In this document: positions 26,120-39,600 of the stretch, in pieces | Position numbering within the stretch: the stretch's first letter is position 1 | Layout of the letters: each line of letters starts with the position of its first letter | Assembly (NCBI GenBank): GCA_028023455.1 | Contig: JAQFVV010000005.1 | Span: forward strand, 8,742,001 to 8,806,000 | DNA: 64,000 nucleotides | Source: Epiperipatus broadwayi | Taxonomy: Eukaryota; Animalia; Onychophora | Direction of reading: 5' to 3' | Position numbers and translations under genes: made by a program | The notes under the pieces: generated by a model | What the model was told of the DNA's origin: nothing | Seen by the model: the letters and a program-made list of their open reading frames with translations, nothing else | Databases searched by the model: none

Positions 26120-27600
26120 ATGTCATGTGAAAAAATTTGTAAAGATGCTCCTTCTTACTTGAAATATGGATTTGTGTGTTTATGTAATAGTTCATATAAG
26201 CCTACATACATAATCTTCTGGAAGCAGTTCGCAAATGATTGTATGAGACCTGAAAAACTTAAGTGCCATTTAGATACTGTGCATAGTATATTTCAGAGTA
26301 AAATAATTGAATTGTTTGAAAGACTAAAAAATTGAAATGACAAACTAAGTTTTTTTTCAAAGCATAGTAAATCAAATGACAAATTAGTAAAAACTTTTTT
26401 TGAAATTTGTTAAAATAAGGAAAAAAATTTTCTTATCAGCAGCAATACAAATTTGCAAACTATCCATGGCTCCAAAACATCAAAATATTTTTAAAAAAAT
26501 CCTGTGTTCAATGATACAAAATAGCATTGATCACAATATCATGCTTACATTATTTTGAATTGAGCAAAGTATTACATTTGACACATGATTTAATGAGTCA
26601 ACAAACAAGAGGAAATACTAATTTAATGGTTTTGTCAAATACCATAGTATGTAATTTGCATATTCATGAAGACCTGCTATTTCATAGAAATCTCTCCAGC
26701 ATAACCAAGGAAAGAGATATATTATAAAAGATGATTTTTTTTATAGAAATTGAGCATGAATGGCAAGAGTGCATTGAAGTTTGCACCAATAAAAGTGCAA
26801 CATGACTGGACAATATTTATAGAAGAATCAAACTATTTATCTGCAAGACATGTTCACTGCATTATCCACATTGGTAAAATCACTTAAAATAGAGTTATGA
26901 GAAATTTTCACAATACTTAATTACATGAAAAGTAACATCACTAATGCAAGAGTCAATTTTTATGTCAAGAAATGGACCCCAATCATGAATCTTCATTTAT
27001 ATCACATAGAACTTCAAGTAAAATGGTTATTCCACAATAAATTCTAAAATGACTTTTAATATTAAAAGATGAATTAAGAATATATCTTTTCGGTAAAAAT
27101 TCCACATTAGCATTTCATTTTTTGAATCAAAATTGAATATGTTTGCTTCTTCTCATGTGGATTTTTTCAAAATAAATGAACTGAATCTTTTTCTGCAAAG
27201 AAAAAGTTTCAATATTTTAACCTTAAACACAAAATTGCAAGCATTTTGAAATTAACTTTCTGTATGGTTAAAAAGTTTTAGGGACATTTATATAGAAATG
27301 TTTGCTTATCTTCATGATTTCTTGATGAAAATAACATTTTGACAACAGCAGAAATTCGGTAATTTTTTTAAAAGAAATATTTTCTTAACTTAATGAAAAT
27401 AAAAATATGACTAAAGAAGAATGCCATTTGTCCATCCCTACTCTTAAATTGGAATTTTGTAATAAGGATTAGTCTGTTTTTATCCACATATCTTTAAAAA
27501 AACATTTTTATTATTATTACTAATTAAAAACAGGCATAGACTTGTTTATCAATGGAAATGTTGTTGTGTCAAATACTTCACCTGATATTTAAATAAAAAT
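26120..27600 (+). mobile_element. Decayed hAT (Buster/Charlie-type) transposase
   Basis: YLKYGF...FANDCMRPEKLKCHLDTVH...IELFERL (BED-like, ZBED5/Buster pattern), HEDLLF, WQECIEVCT, HVHCIIH and STYL..F..IKNRHRL. Confidence 0.85.
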
Positions 27601-28010
27601 GATTGGAAATTATAGTGACAAAAGAACATTGGCCTGTTTGGTTTAGTACAATGGTAGAATATATATAGGTTCGAGCAATCAGAACGTGTTTTGACAATAA
27701 AGAAATTTGGGAATCTAAATATTTACCTATAAGTTTAATTCATTATTGTGACAAAATAGTGTCAGCCTATTTAGTTTAGCACAATGATAAGAGAATGTAG
27801 TTAGTATATTTCGAGATCAAGACTCAGGTAATTGTTGTCACATTAAGGTCTCTCATATTTAAATAAAAAAATATTTACATTCAGAATGTATTCCATTCGA
27901 AAATGTAAGCATTTTCATTTACATATAAATTTTAATAATTATCTTGGTGCCCCTATGATAAAATGCCTTTGTGTTCTACAAAATCTGCACACCCACATGT
28001 GATAGCCCTA

Positions 28011-28472
28011 TTTGATATGTGGGATAAATTACCCTTACACACTGCCAATATATAAATATAATCCATATGTCTTTGAGCCTTTATTTACTCATATTATACA
28101 CACACAAATAATGATAACTTCTCAGATGATATCTTAACATCAATTTTAATCAGACATTAACTTAGACTGACCATTTTTATTTATCTGCACATTTTAAATC
28201 TATATACATGGTTCTGGCTTAACCTATACATTTTTCTCTCTAAAGCTACATTCTTGCTCAATTTGCAGTCTATTGACTGTTGTCAGTTCATTTACATAAT
28301 AGAGCTAATTAGCATATATCAACTTTATTTATTATTCACTTTATTAAGTTATATGCTGTTTTTCTAATGTTTATATTTCAAATGAGGAAATAATAATGTA
28401 TTGTCTGCACACAATCACAATTTTTCAATAAACTATTTATAATAATATATTTATGCACATAGATAGTCCACA
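28011..28472 (-). repeat. 3' LTR (partial) of the Gypsy element
   Basis: Direct repeat of 32489-32927 (GATAACTTCTCAGA, TTAGACTGACCATTTTTATTTAT, CATTTACATAATAG, AAATGAGGAAATAAT) and abuts the polypurine tract. Confidence 0.8.
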
Positions 28473-31400
28473 CCTCTCTTCACTCTAAAAAATAGTTCTC
28501 ATTCTTGGGTCTTCTGCAATTCCTCACATATTTAGTTAGAGACACAGATCTTTCTGCATCAAGATCAACAATTATGTCAGTTTGATCTGAGGGTCTTTGT
28601 GCTAAAGCATTCTTCTCTAGTTCAGTCATACAATCATCTGATTGGGTGTTTATTTCATAGCTTGATTATCAGTGGATGTTTCCACATTTTGTTCTGCCGA
28701 AGAGGTATCAACACACTCTTCACTTGCACTAAATACTATTTTTGTATTAACTAGCATAAGTTTTTTGTTAACTACATTTGACATATCTCCAAATGTGAGT
28801 CCAGTCTCTAACAAAATTATTTTAATGATCATCTACAATGACACCAAGAATCCATTTCTTTTTTTAACAAATCTTGGGCCCATACTGTTTCAGCCATTAT
28901 AAATTTTCTGAAGTTTAATTTGGAATTCTCATCTAAAATGTTTTTTTTTTCATTACATTTTATCAACTAGCAATAGCTTTGATAGATGAGTACGATACCT
29001 TTGCTGCAATAAAAATCTAGCATTTTCAAAGTAGATGCACTCAGAGTGAAGTGTTGGTAAATCATACCCTCTGCCAATGCTTAATATCTTTAGTTGATGT
29101 TTTCTTGAGCATTGACTTTAGATATTGTACAATCTTCTCAGCTAACATGTTTGTTTTGAGATGTTAGCATGGGGTGGAAATATGGTGTATTTCTTTATCC
29201 ATGAAATATTTTTAAAACTCTAGGGAGTTGCATTCAATTGTATTGTCTAACACTAAAAGTTCAAGGTAACATTGGCTAGCAAAAACTTCATAGAGGGCTC
29301 TAATTATGCACTCCATGTTAATATTCATTATGGGCTTGTACTCAGCCTAAAACAAATAAGAATTTACAGCAATTAAGAACAGATCTCCATTGTATCAGAA
29401 AAATCTATATTGATTCTCTGCCAAAAGAGTTCTGAGTTTACCCAACATTTAAATATCTTTTTAGGCAAATCTGCTATAGATTGATATTCAGAGCTATTTT
29501 TTACTATCTGTTCAATCTCTTGATTTAATTTAGGCCACCAAACATATGATCATGCCAAATTTTTATGCCTATGATGCTTGGATGCTCATTATGTAGCAAT
29601 TGAAGCAACTTCCTGTGATTGTTGGTATGAACATGCAGTCAATCATCTGAAATGCATCCATTGCACATCAATAAGGTTTGAGAGGCATTCCATATAGGCT
29701 TGGCAATATAGTTTGCCTGACTTTTTGGCCATTTCCAATTAAATTCAATTTTTCAATTCTTTATAATTGCACTCCTAATTAGTCCACTCAGCAACTTTAG
29801 CACTATTCATGTTTTCTGAGTTTATTACATCAATACATTTACTTATGTAAACTTTTGCTGCACTTCACTGATAACTGGTAAAAATGATAAAGCATCTTCT
29901 TATCCATTCTCTTTACCAGGCTTGTAAATTAACTCATAATCATAGAAAGTTAATCTATTAATCTATTGGATTAGTCTCTAGCTGGCATATTCAGGAATTT
30001 TATTATTTGAACTGAAAAATCCAAGTAATTGATGATGATATATATACGGTTAAAATTTTCATCCATATAAAAATTGATGTTTTTTTTTATTTCAAACACA
30101 ATAGCCAGGGCTTATTTATTCAACTGAGTATAATTTTTTTCCAGCAGATGTGAAGATCCTTAAGGTACATGCTATCAGATATTTGCATTCAAAATGTCTG
30201 TGAGAGATGACAGCTACAACTCTGAATTCCAAAGCTTCTTTTGTCAAAATCACTTCCAGATTGCTATGGTAATGTACCAGGAGTTGATTAGATATTAACA
30301 AATCCTTTGATTTTTAAAAATCTACATTGTGTTTCTCTGTTCATCTCCATCATTGGCCTTTCAACAACAGTTCATATAAAGGTGTCAGAACATGCTAATT
30401 TTCTTTAAGAATACTGCCATAAAAATTCAGTAATCCTAGGAAGACTTGTATATCCTTAATGTTCCTAGACTTTGCTGCATTTTTGATAGCTCCACCCTTT
30501 TGCAGGATAGGATATTTTCCTTGTTTAGTAGTAACATGTTCCAGAAACTTGATCTTTGAGATAGCCCATATACACTTAGCAGTATTTAGCCTAGCACTAA
30601 CTTTGTCTAATTTTGAACAGACTTCCATGACCAAATTCCAATTATTGCTTGGACTGGAAAGAAATAATTATGCCTTCCAGATACAGGATAACTCCTTTCA
30701 TGCCATGGAATAAAGCATCTATTTTCATTTAGAAAATGTTGGGGGCAACTGTAAGTTTATGTGATATCTTATTATATTTAAAAAGTCCTACATGAGTATA
30801 ATGGTTAGCAACATTGCTGTTTTCTAGGTAACATGTATTTGATTAGAAGCAGACTTTACATCTATCTTTGCAAAGAATGATGCTTTTTGTAGCAACACTA
30901 GAACTTTGCACATATTTTGCACAGGATAAGCTCCTTTGTTAATATATTTATTAAGTGTGATGTAATATTGTCAGCAAGAAAAATATATCTGGCTTCATTA
31001 TCACTATCACTGGAGTATTCCCCAATGAGTCTTCTAAGGTGACAACACACCTTTGATGACCATTTCTGTAATTGTCTCAACTTCTGGTTTCAAACAGTTT
31101 GGAACACCACATGGTTTAAATACAATAAGATAGGCATCCCTCAGTAATTATATAGCCATTGACCATGTTTAGAGTTCTACTAATCTTGATTTATATAGCC
31201 AGTGAAACTTGTCTCTAACTTTGGCTTCCAGTTATACTGTCTTAATTATCTTAAGACATATCCCCACCAGTTGAAACCAGTTCAGACTTAATAGAGGACT
31301 TATATTTTTTTTAAATATAAACAAAGTTAACATTTGAATTTTTAAACTTTACTTATACCATCACTTTACCCTCATATCTATTTTATTTACACCCATGGTT

Positions 31401-32326
31401 AGTACATGTGTATTTTCTAACTTGTTTTTATTTTTATCACTAATAAAATATTAATCTTTTAGTGATAATATTGATAATCACATGCCATTATCAACTTTCA
31501 TATTTATCTATTTACAGATAGTCACAATATGGTTTAGCATTTATGCTTTTTTCTTTTTGAGGGCAGACACAAGTTAAATGTCCTTTTATATTGCATATAT
31601 GATATTCTTTTTAAAATTTGAAAATTTTTCTAAGGTTGCCTTTCAGACCACAGCAATTCCAAGTCAAGTTATGCTTTGCAGCTTTAAAAGGCATGCTAAC
31701 AGCTTGTACTTTATTAATATGAGTCAAGTTATTCTGCACACTCGTTGAAATTGAAATTCTGATGCATTATCTAACTTAATTATTTGTGCAGTGCACTTTG
31801 CAATTGCTATTTTATATGTCAGGTCTAGTTCACTTAGTAAATTTTTCTGAAATTACGGTCCAATAACATGTCTTGTATCTCAATGGCAAATTTGCATTGT
31901 TTAGCAAGTGCTTGCAATGCTAAATTATAGTCATAATACCACTCACAAGGTAACTTTTACTTCATTTGAAAGTATAGACATGCCACTCAATTAAATACTA
32001 CTGGCTAAAAATAAACATTCAGATTTTCTATTAGATCTTGATATGGAATGTCTTAGGGAAGTTTAGGATAATTGTTTATCTTTTTTAAAACATCACTACC
32101 CGCAAAATATAAGAGAGCAGACACTCTAATCTTTGACTTTATGAATATGTAATGCTCGATGTATTTGACATATGTACTCCACATTTACATTGAATTCATG
32201 AATATTATAACTCAGCAATGTCATCACTTGTGTTTATCCATTTTGCTAGGTTGACATGTATATAAAGATTCTACTGTGACTACTCTGCTGTTACGTTCCC
32301 TGTTTCCAGTTTCAACTCTATGCCAC

Positions 32327-32927
32327 TGTTGTGTACCTGGGAGTATCTTAAATGGCACTAGTTGAATAAGCATCAGTATTAAATAAAAGACGCTAAAACA
32401 AACTCAACAACAGTTTATTTACTTGTACTGAAATAATGAAAATAATAGTGAAGTTCATTTTATTTTTGGAAAAGTGATTAATAACTATTTGATGTGTAGG
32501 ATAAATTATTCATACACATCGCCAATACATAAATAGTCTGTATGTCCTTGAGTTTTCATTTTCTCGTATCATATACACAATAAGATAACTTCTCAGACGA
32601 ATGATCTAACATCGATTTTAATCAATCTTTAATTTAGACTGACCATTTTTATTTATTTGTGCATTTTAAATCTATGCACACGGCTTTGTCTTAGTCCAGA
32701 CTTCTTTTCCTCGTTAGAACTTCATTCTTGTTTAACTTGCAGTATTGATTATTGTTAGCTCATTTACATAATAGGGCTAATTAACATATATCATCTTCAT
32801 TTATTGTTCACTTTATTAATCTGTATGTTAATTTTAAAATGAGGAAATAATGTAGTCTGCACCCAATCAGAATTTTTCGATAAATTTTATTTACAATAAT
32901 AAATATGTATGCGCATAAACAGTCCAA
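32327..32927 (-). repeat. 5' LTR of the Gypsy element, CpG-retaining
   Basis: Direct repeat of 28011-28472; left boundary TGTTGT next to the PBS-like sequence; CCAAT at 32863. Confidence 0.75.
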
Positions 32928-33049
32928 ATATAGTTTTTTTAAACGTTTTTATTTAAGTTAAAAATCTATTTGTTGATTGTTTTTATATATATATGTCTAA
33001 TTTCCGGGACACTAGTATTAATTTTTCGTTCAAATATGTGATGTGATGC

Positions 33050-33350
33050 ACTGTGACTTCTCCTAATGCCCAGAGAAACCTGTTAGCCACTTTACCTTCC
33101 CTTTCCATTGTCCACTCTAAGTTTTCCCATAATCTGCTCCATCCCATGTCCACAACATAATCTTTGTCAACTCCATGACCTTCATATCTAAATCTTCCTT
33201 ATCTTTTCCCAAACCTAGCATAAAAACCAATAACTCACTTTCTGTATAATCATTTTGTTCATATTTAATCTTTCATAACTTCATTATTAGTACCCTTTCT
33301 GCTTCCAAGCATTTACATTGAAGTAACCGATGCCTAATATTTTCTATGCC
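33050..33350 (-). mobile_element. Fragment of the same LINE family as 20000-20870
   Basis: Reverse complement aligns with about 20575-20855 (GCAGAAAGGGTAC, TGATTATACAGAAAGTG, GATTTAGATAT, GTGGCTAACAG). Confidence 0.8.
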
Positions 33351-36303
33351 TTACATGTATCATTTCCCCTTTACTACAGCGCCCCTGGTGGGATATATTC
33401 CATAATCTAAAAAGTTTTACTATCATTATCTCCATTTATTCATTTCATAAATAGAAAATTAGACTAAGGTAAAATTCAATTCTTTATATATTTGTTTTTT
33501 ATTTACTTTTATATTTAAAATATAAGCTTCAGATTTGTATTGTAATAATCTAATACTGCGTTATATAAACAAACCATACTGACATTTCTTATGAAAGCAG
33601 ACGTAACTAATTGAAATATTTTACTTGCTAGTAAAATAATTTATTAACTGACTGATTTTATTTAATACCCTTTTATTATTATAATAAATTCAGTTTTAGC
33701 AACAAGTCTGATATAAATATTTTTTAAAGTATTTCACATCTTAATCGTTAACTTGTTTTAACAATAGCTCAGTCCTTAAGCCTTTTATGATTTTTTTTTC
33801 TATTCGAGATGTATATTCGTGAGAATATATAATAATTTAACTATGTTTTATACTCGAGCACCACAAATGCAACCAATTCCTTATTTACAAGAAGAATATA
33901 TTTTATACATAAACAGTTAAGGCTTGATAACTACAGTAATATTAATATACATTTTCTAAAAGTTGAGCCTTGATTGAAAAAAGAAAATTTATGAATAAGT
34001 TTTATTACTCAGGATTTAATAAGAAGTTTACGCTTCGCAAATTCCTGAAGTGGAAAGCATTTAAGACCTTATTCTCCAAAATCTGACACTGTATAGTAAA
34101 CAATGTTGTGAAGTTTAGCCAGTATTGGAAATAGATAGTTGATATGTAGTAAGGTATCCAGTTAAGATCGATAATGTAAATGCGTGTATGTTAGCCATAC
34201 ACGCAGGCACAACAAATTAAATATATACATTATAAACTTATAAAGATTATATATGAGAATTAAAGAAAAAAGAGATATCGACAAAAATATATAATTTAAA
34301 TCTTAAATTTAAAAAATAGTTTGAAAATGAGAAAAAAACAACAACAACTGATTAATAAAAATAATTAGATATTTTTAATAATCTATTAATTATCACTCAC
34401 TAATTCTAAAGTTTTTTAGTATGACAGAAGAAAGATAAAAATAAGCATAAATAGTTGATATCTGGATTCCTTAGTTTTGACTCTCAGCTCATTAATTAAG
34501 TATATAGTCATCTAAAAAGTGGATACCAATTAGTACCTATTAAATATGCAAAAAAAAACTCTGAACTTATCTAGATAAGGAAAATAAATGATTTAGTTAG
34601 TTCCCTGAATATTATTTTGCATCATCTTCTAGAAGACTTTTTTGTGCTTCGTATTTTCACAAATTGCAGAACTCTTTGAATAATGTGTATGTCAAACCAC
34701 CAAGAAATAATACACTCAAAATAATGCATAAATAAAAATCATTGCATAAAATAAATGGAGGAAAAAATAATAATAATAATAATAATAATGAAGAAATAAA
34801 AAATAAATGAATTTAAATTTCTAAATTTTGAGTTTTAATTTTTTTAGAGTTAAATAAACCATCTATTGGTAATATATTTAATATGTGCTGTGTGGTTTTT
34901 TTTACATGACTGGAAGAGTCATTGAATAGTATTGAAAATATCAAGTGATAATTGATTTTGTGTTGATATTTTTTTGAATCGAAAACTTTAGATAATTTTT
35001 AAAGCAATAAATGTTTTATTTTTTTCAATTTTGTGTTTACAAATGAAAATAAAGAAAAATAGATAATAAATGTCTATATATTTTTTTTAAAACTAAGCGA
35101 AGTCAAAGCAATTTTGTGTGTGTTATCGAAATAATGTAACATTGGGCAGGTGATTTATAGACTAAACACTTGTAATGAACAAATAAAAGTAATTATTTAT
35201 TGTCAACAAGATAAAAGAAAATATATTAAATTTATTAAGTGCTATCAGATAATATAATAATAATGTGAAAGGCTAAAACTTTCGACAGAAGCGCCTTAAA
35301 AATGCTTATGTGACAGCCAATCAGATGTAATAATGACTGCACATGGAACTCTCAATTCAAGAACATAAACCAGAACTTCAAGAAAAAGATGGAACCCACT
35401 CTCTTCTCTACTTAAATTTATATATAAATAAGTCAGACTCAAATAAACACATGCATACCTAAAAAATAATTCTATAAACAAATTCCATTGAACAGGTGGT
35501 AAAAAAACATTAGACTATTTTAATGAGCAAATTTTTGTTTCTTCATTTTGGTTGATGAAAGTTAGCAGAACATTGAGGAGCATTTGTTAATTTATAGAAC
35601 TTTTCCTTTTTAGGATTTGTCGCTGTTATTCTTTTGTTTGCTCAAGCATCTACTAGGTTTGATTAATTTGTGGACCTTTTTTTTAGGGTTTATTATCATT
35701 TTCTGGTTAAGTGCTCACTAGACTTTTCAGACTTCCATGGTAATGAATATTGAAAATTGATGCATGGAGGCTTTTTTTTTGTTGAGATTTTAGTAGGACA
35801 AAACAATAGCACAAAGAAACTCAATTTCTTTCTGTCTCTTTGAACAAAATCTACAAAAAACAATGTCTTAAATTCAAAAGTATACATCATATTTATTACT
35901 TAGTATTTTCAGTAATCTTCAGATGCTATTCAGTAGCTCTCCAGATATGTAAAAAATTCTAGAGCACATACTAAATGCATTTTTCATTGAAGTTAAAATG
36001 TTCATATACAGTATATGAGTATATATTTGAAATAAACAAAAAATCGATTGTAATATAAATGTCAAGTAAATACTTTTTTTTTGATTAGTAATAAAGTAGA
36101 ATAGCAGATATAAATCTACCAACAGATAAGTTTCTATGTGACAAAGAAATATAAATTATTTCTCTAACACTTTGCTTTAATGCAATTAAATAGGGTTCTT
36201 AAAATATTGACTGATTCTTTTAACCTAGATCATGTGAAGGAAACACAGTATAATTGATCAATTTTAACTTATAATTAAACTCTTATATTAATAACTTTGG
36301 TAC

Positions 36304-37470
36304 TTTGGTATTAGAGCTGCAACTTAGAGGAGATAGGAGGTCTTTTCACACCCACAATAAATATATAATGTCAATGATGTCAAATTGAAAGGAAATAACT
36401 CGATCTTTTTTTTTTGTAATACCTCAACATTTTCAATTATTGTCCAGATTTCTTTTTGACAACAGCTATTCTGATTCATATGCAGTTGTATATTTTCAGT
36501 TTTTGTTGCTTTTTTTTTGGTTTAATTTATTTATAAAAAAAAGTATGTTTATTAGCATTTCTATTGAAAATCCCAGCATACTCTGCAATCACGTGCTACA
36601 TTTTCAAAGGGAAAATTTTTAGTAGAGATCTTTATTTTTTTTGGTAATATAATATGTGAAATGTTTTGTTTCAAGGTGACAATTCTTGTTATATATTACA
36701 TGGTAAGTATCATATGAGTATACTTAATGTGTTTTTATAAATACTATTTAAAAATCAAAATCATTTGCTGTTTGTTTAGTAACAATTTTTTTGTGTAATG
36801 GCATGATTTCATTAAGATCGCAAATCACATTTTTTTTTCATTGGGAATGTCGTCCTTAAAAGTTATAACTGTGAAAGTCATATGAATAGTTAATGTGATT
36901 CTATAAATATTATTTAAAAACCAAAATCAATTACAGTTTGCTTAGTGCGTATTTAAACTAACAATTTTTGTTGTATAATGCCGTCATTTCATTAAGATCA
37001 CAAATCACTTTTTTTTTTGATTTCAAAAGTTGTTTCTTAAAAGTTATTAGTGTCCAAGTCATACGGATTTGAATATCTTGTTATTTAAAAACCAAAATCA
37101 TTTACTGTTTGTTTAGTGCATATTTAAACTAACATTTTTTTTTGTGTAATGCTATCATTTCATTAAGATCGCAAATCACATTATTATGTTTTTACTTTTA
37201 GTTATTTTTAGTCCTGCAACACAGAGCATGTATTAGAGCTGCACCCTTTTCACATTTGTATCACCCCCCAATAACTTTGTAAATCTTATCAAAATATCAT
37301 GTACAAGATCCGTGTACACATTTTTTTTTACCAAAAAAGTCATGTACAAGATCGGTATATACATTATTTTGGTCAGATCCCAAGATTACAAAGTTATCAC
37401 TGGATTGATACGAATGTGAACAGGCATAGTAGGTCTAATACATGCTTTGTGTTGCAGCTCTAATACCAAA
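36304..37470. mobile_element. Non-autonomous DNA transposon / MITE with an internal tandem array of about 168 bp
   Basis: 20-bp perfect TIR TTTGGTATTAGAGCTGCAAC (36304-36323) and GTTGCAGCTCTAATACCAAA (37451-37470). Three units start at 36745, 36911 and 37082. Confidence 0.7.
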
Positions 37471-37804
37471 ATGCCATAATATTATATAAATGGAATTTTT
37501 AATTCCTGCCTTTCCTTACTGTCTTACATATTTATTATTTATAATGCAAACTGTTTAATAAGCACATGCTTCATAATATTTTCTGTGCTTAATAATTAGG
37601 ATGGTATACTGGCTCACTTAGTAGTGGGATGATGAGACAACGTATGAGAATTTTATTTTTATATCATATATTCAGTCGTCATTTTTTTTCATCATGTGCA
37701 GCACAAATTATACTATACATTATATAATACTTATTTTATTGTTTCTTTTCAAAATGTAAATATTTTCTGAGCATTACTAAATTATACATTCATATAAAAG
37801 CAGA

Positions 37805-39130
37805 GAAATGCAGTAATAATATTAATATTTAAAAAAGGTGATAAAGAAGATATTAGAAATTACAGACCTATCAGCCTTTTATCAGTTTTATATAAAATTT
37901 TTACCAAGATAATTACAACTTGTCTACAGAGAACTTTGGATTTCCACCAACCAAGAGAACAAGCTGGATTTAAAAGTGGTTTTAGTACAATAGATCATAT
38001 CGAGGTATTGAGAGAAGTCATAGAAAGGACAAAAGAATATGAGTTGTCATTATGTTTTGGACTTGTAGATTATGAAAAGGCATTTGATTCTATACACATT
38101 TCTAAAGTGACTAAAGCATTGGATCATCAAGGTATAGATCCAGGATATTGTCATATTTTAAAGAATATTTATAAAAATGCAACAGCAACAATTAGATTAC
38201 ATAATGATACTGGAAAAATCAACATTGAGAAAGGTGTAAGACAAGGTGACTCCATATCTCCAAAATTCTTTATAGCAGTGCTGCAAGAAGTATTTTGTGG
38301 ATTAAAATGGGAAACTAAAGGAGTGAAAGTAAATGGAGAGTATTTAAGTCATTTAGATTTTGCAGATGATGTAGTTGTTTTTGCAAATAATGCTTCAGAG
38401 CTGTAGGAAATGTTGCAGGAGTTGAAAGTAGAAAAGTAGGACTAAAGATAAATGTTAAAAAGACTAAAGTAATGTTTAATCGATTTGCTCAAAATATGAA
38501 AATAAAGATTGATTATGAAGAATTAGAAGAAGTTAACAGTTACAAATACCTTGGTCAGATTATTAATACAGATGGAAACATAATGGAGGAAATTAATCAT
38601 AGAATTAAACTTGGTTGGAGTGCTTTTGGTAGAAATAACTTGATACTAAAAGGAAATATGCCTATGTGTTTGAAAAGGATGGTTTTTAACAAATGTGTTT
38701 TACCAGTTCTTACTTATGGATCTGAAACTTGGACACTTAATAGAAGAGCAATACAGAGACTTCAGACTACTCAAAGGAGTATGGAGAGATGTATGTTGGG
38801 AGTAACAAGAAGAGATCGAAAACGCAATGTATGGGTAAGACAACAAACAGGTGTTACTGTCCTTATTGAAAAAATTAAAAGATTGAAATGGAGTTGGGCT
38901 GGACATATTGCTAGAAGAGATGATAATAGATGGACAATTGAAATTTTAAACTGGATTCCAAGAGATTGTAAAAGACCCAGAAAGAGACCACATGTGAGAT
39001 GGATGGATGAAATAAGAAAATGTGCAGGGGTGTTGTGGAGAAGAGAAGCTAAAGATCGGAGAGGATGGATTAAACTTGGAGAGATCTTCATCCTGCAGTG
39101 GATTGATAATGGTTGATGATGATGATGATA
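37805..39130 (+). mobile_element. 5'-truncated RTE-clade non-LTR retrotransposon
   Basis: LIFKKGDKEDIRNYRPISLL, QPREQAGFK, VDYEKAFDS, GVRQGDSISP, LDFADD, YKYLG and KWSWAGHIARRDDNRW. Stop at 38404-38406 plus a frameshift; (TGA)n 3' tail at about 39114-39130. Confidence 0.95.
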
Positions 39131-39434
39131 TTTTAATCAATGTTGTATAAATTGGTACTACTCTATAGTAATCCTTGCAACTATAAATAATCAATGAATA
39201 CCAGATATTTATGCTATATGGGTTTTTTATCAACCAGACATATTGGATTATATGTGATAATACATTGGAATCCTTTCATCATCTATCATAAAATGTTGAA
39301 TGTATAGAAAATTTTAAAGTTTAAATAAACTTATCAAATACAATCAACCCATTAATAATATCACACAAATAGACATGTCATATTAGAAATTACACATTTC
39401 ATAGATTAGTATATGAAATTTCTACTAACCGTTG

Positions 39435-39600
39435 CCTTTGACCAAATAGCTTATTTGGTTAGAGTGTTCCATTAAAATTTGATATTTAAGAATCTAAAGG
39501 TGTAAGTTTGATTCCTATGCTAATATTGTCACTCGGCCAGCAACACTCGAAGAAGAGTGGAGAATAATACTACTCAAAACTTTGTGTAATTACTAATCTG
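39435..39600 (+). mobile_element. tRNA-derived SINE copy
   Basis: TAGCTTATTTGGTTAGAG (A box) and GTTTGATTCC (B box), then TATGCTAATATTGTCACT.GGCCAGCAAC..GAAGAAGAG.GGAGAATA as at 8480-8540. Confidence 0.7.

Larger units (their letters stand above)
28011..32927 (-). mobile_element. Decayed Ty3/Gypsy LTR retrotransposon with both LTRs
   Basis: Minus-strand order: 5' LTR 32327-32927, PBS-like TGGCATAGAG at 32325-32316, Gag knuckle (PFKAAK..CCGLKG), protease (MKVDNG), RT/connection (ORF 30395-30634, KCIW..IKFLEH..VFLGLLNFY), RNase H (ORF 30116-30301), integrase (LHNEHP..SYVWWPKL), PPT AGAGTGAAGAGAGG at 28486-28473, 3' LTR 28472-28011 (truncated). Confidence 0.85.
32300..35340. promoter_or_regulatory. 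CpG-retaining zone, candidate promoter region
   Basis: CG dinucleotides are visibly more frequent than in the flanks; AGCCAATCAG (CCAAT box, 35317-35321); lies upstream of the zinc-finger gene. No TSS evidence. Confidence 0.4.

Noticed and set aside
36676-36702. 27-nt exon candidate inside the MITE (TTTCAAG|...|GTAAGT)
   Set aside because: Only splice signals support it; such matches arise by chance in AT-rich DNA and it cannot be linked to a transcript.
38700-39233. Minus-strand ORFs 38700-38906, 38771-39091 and 38946-39233
   Set aside because: They are antisense shadows of the RTE coding region.
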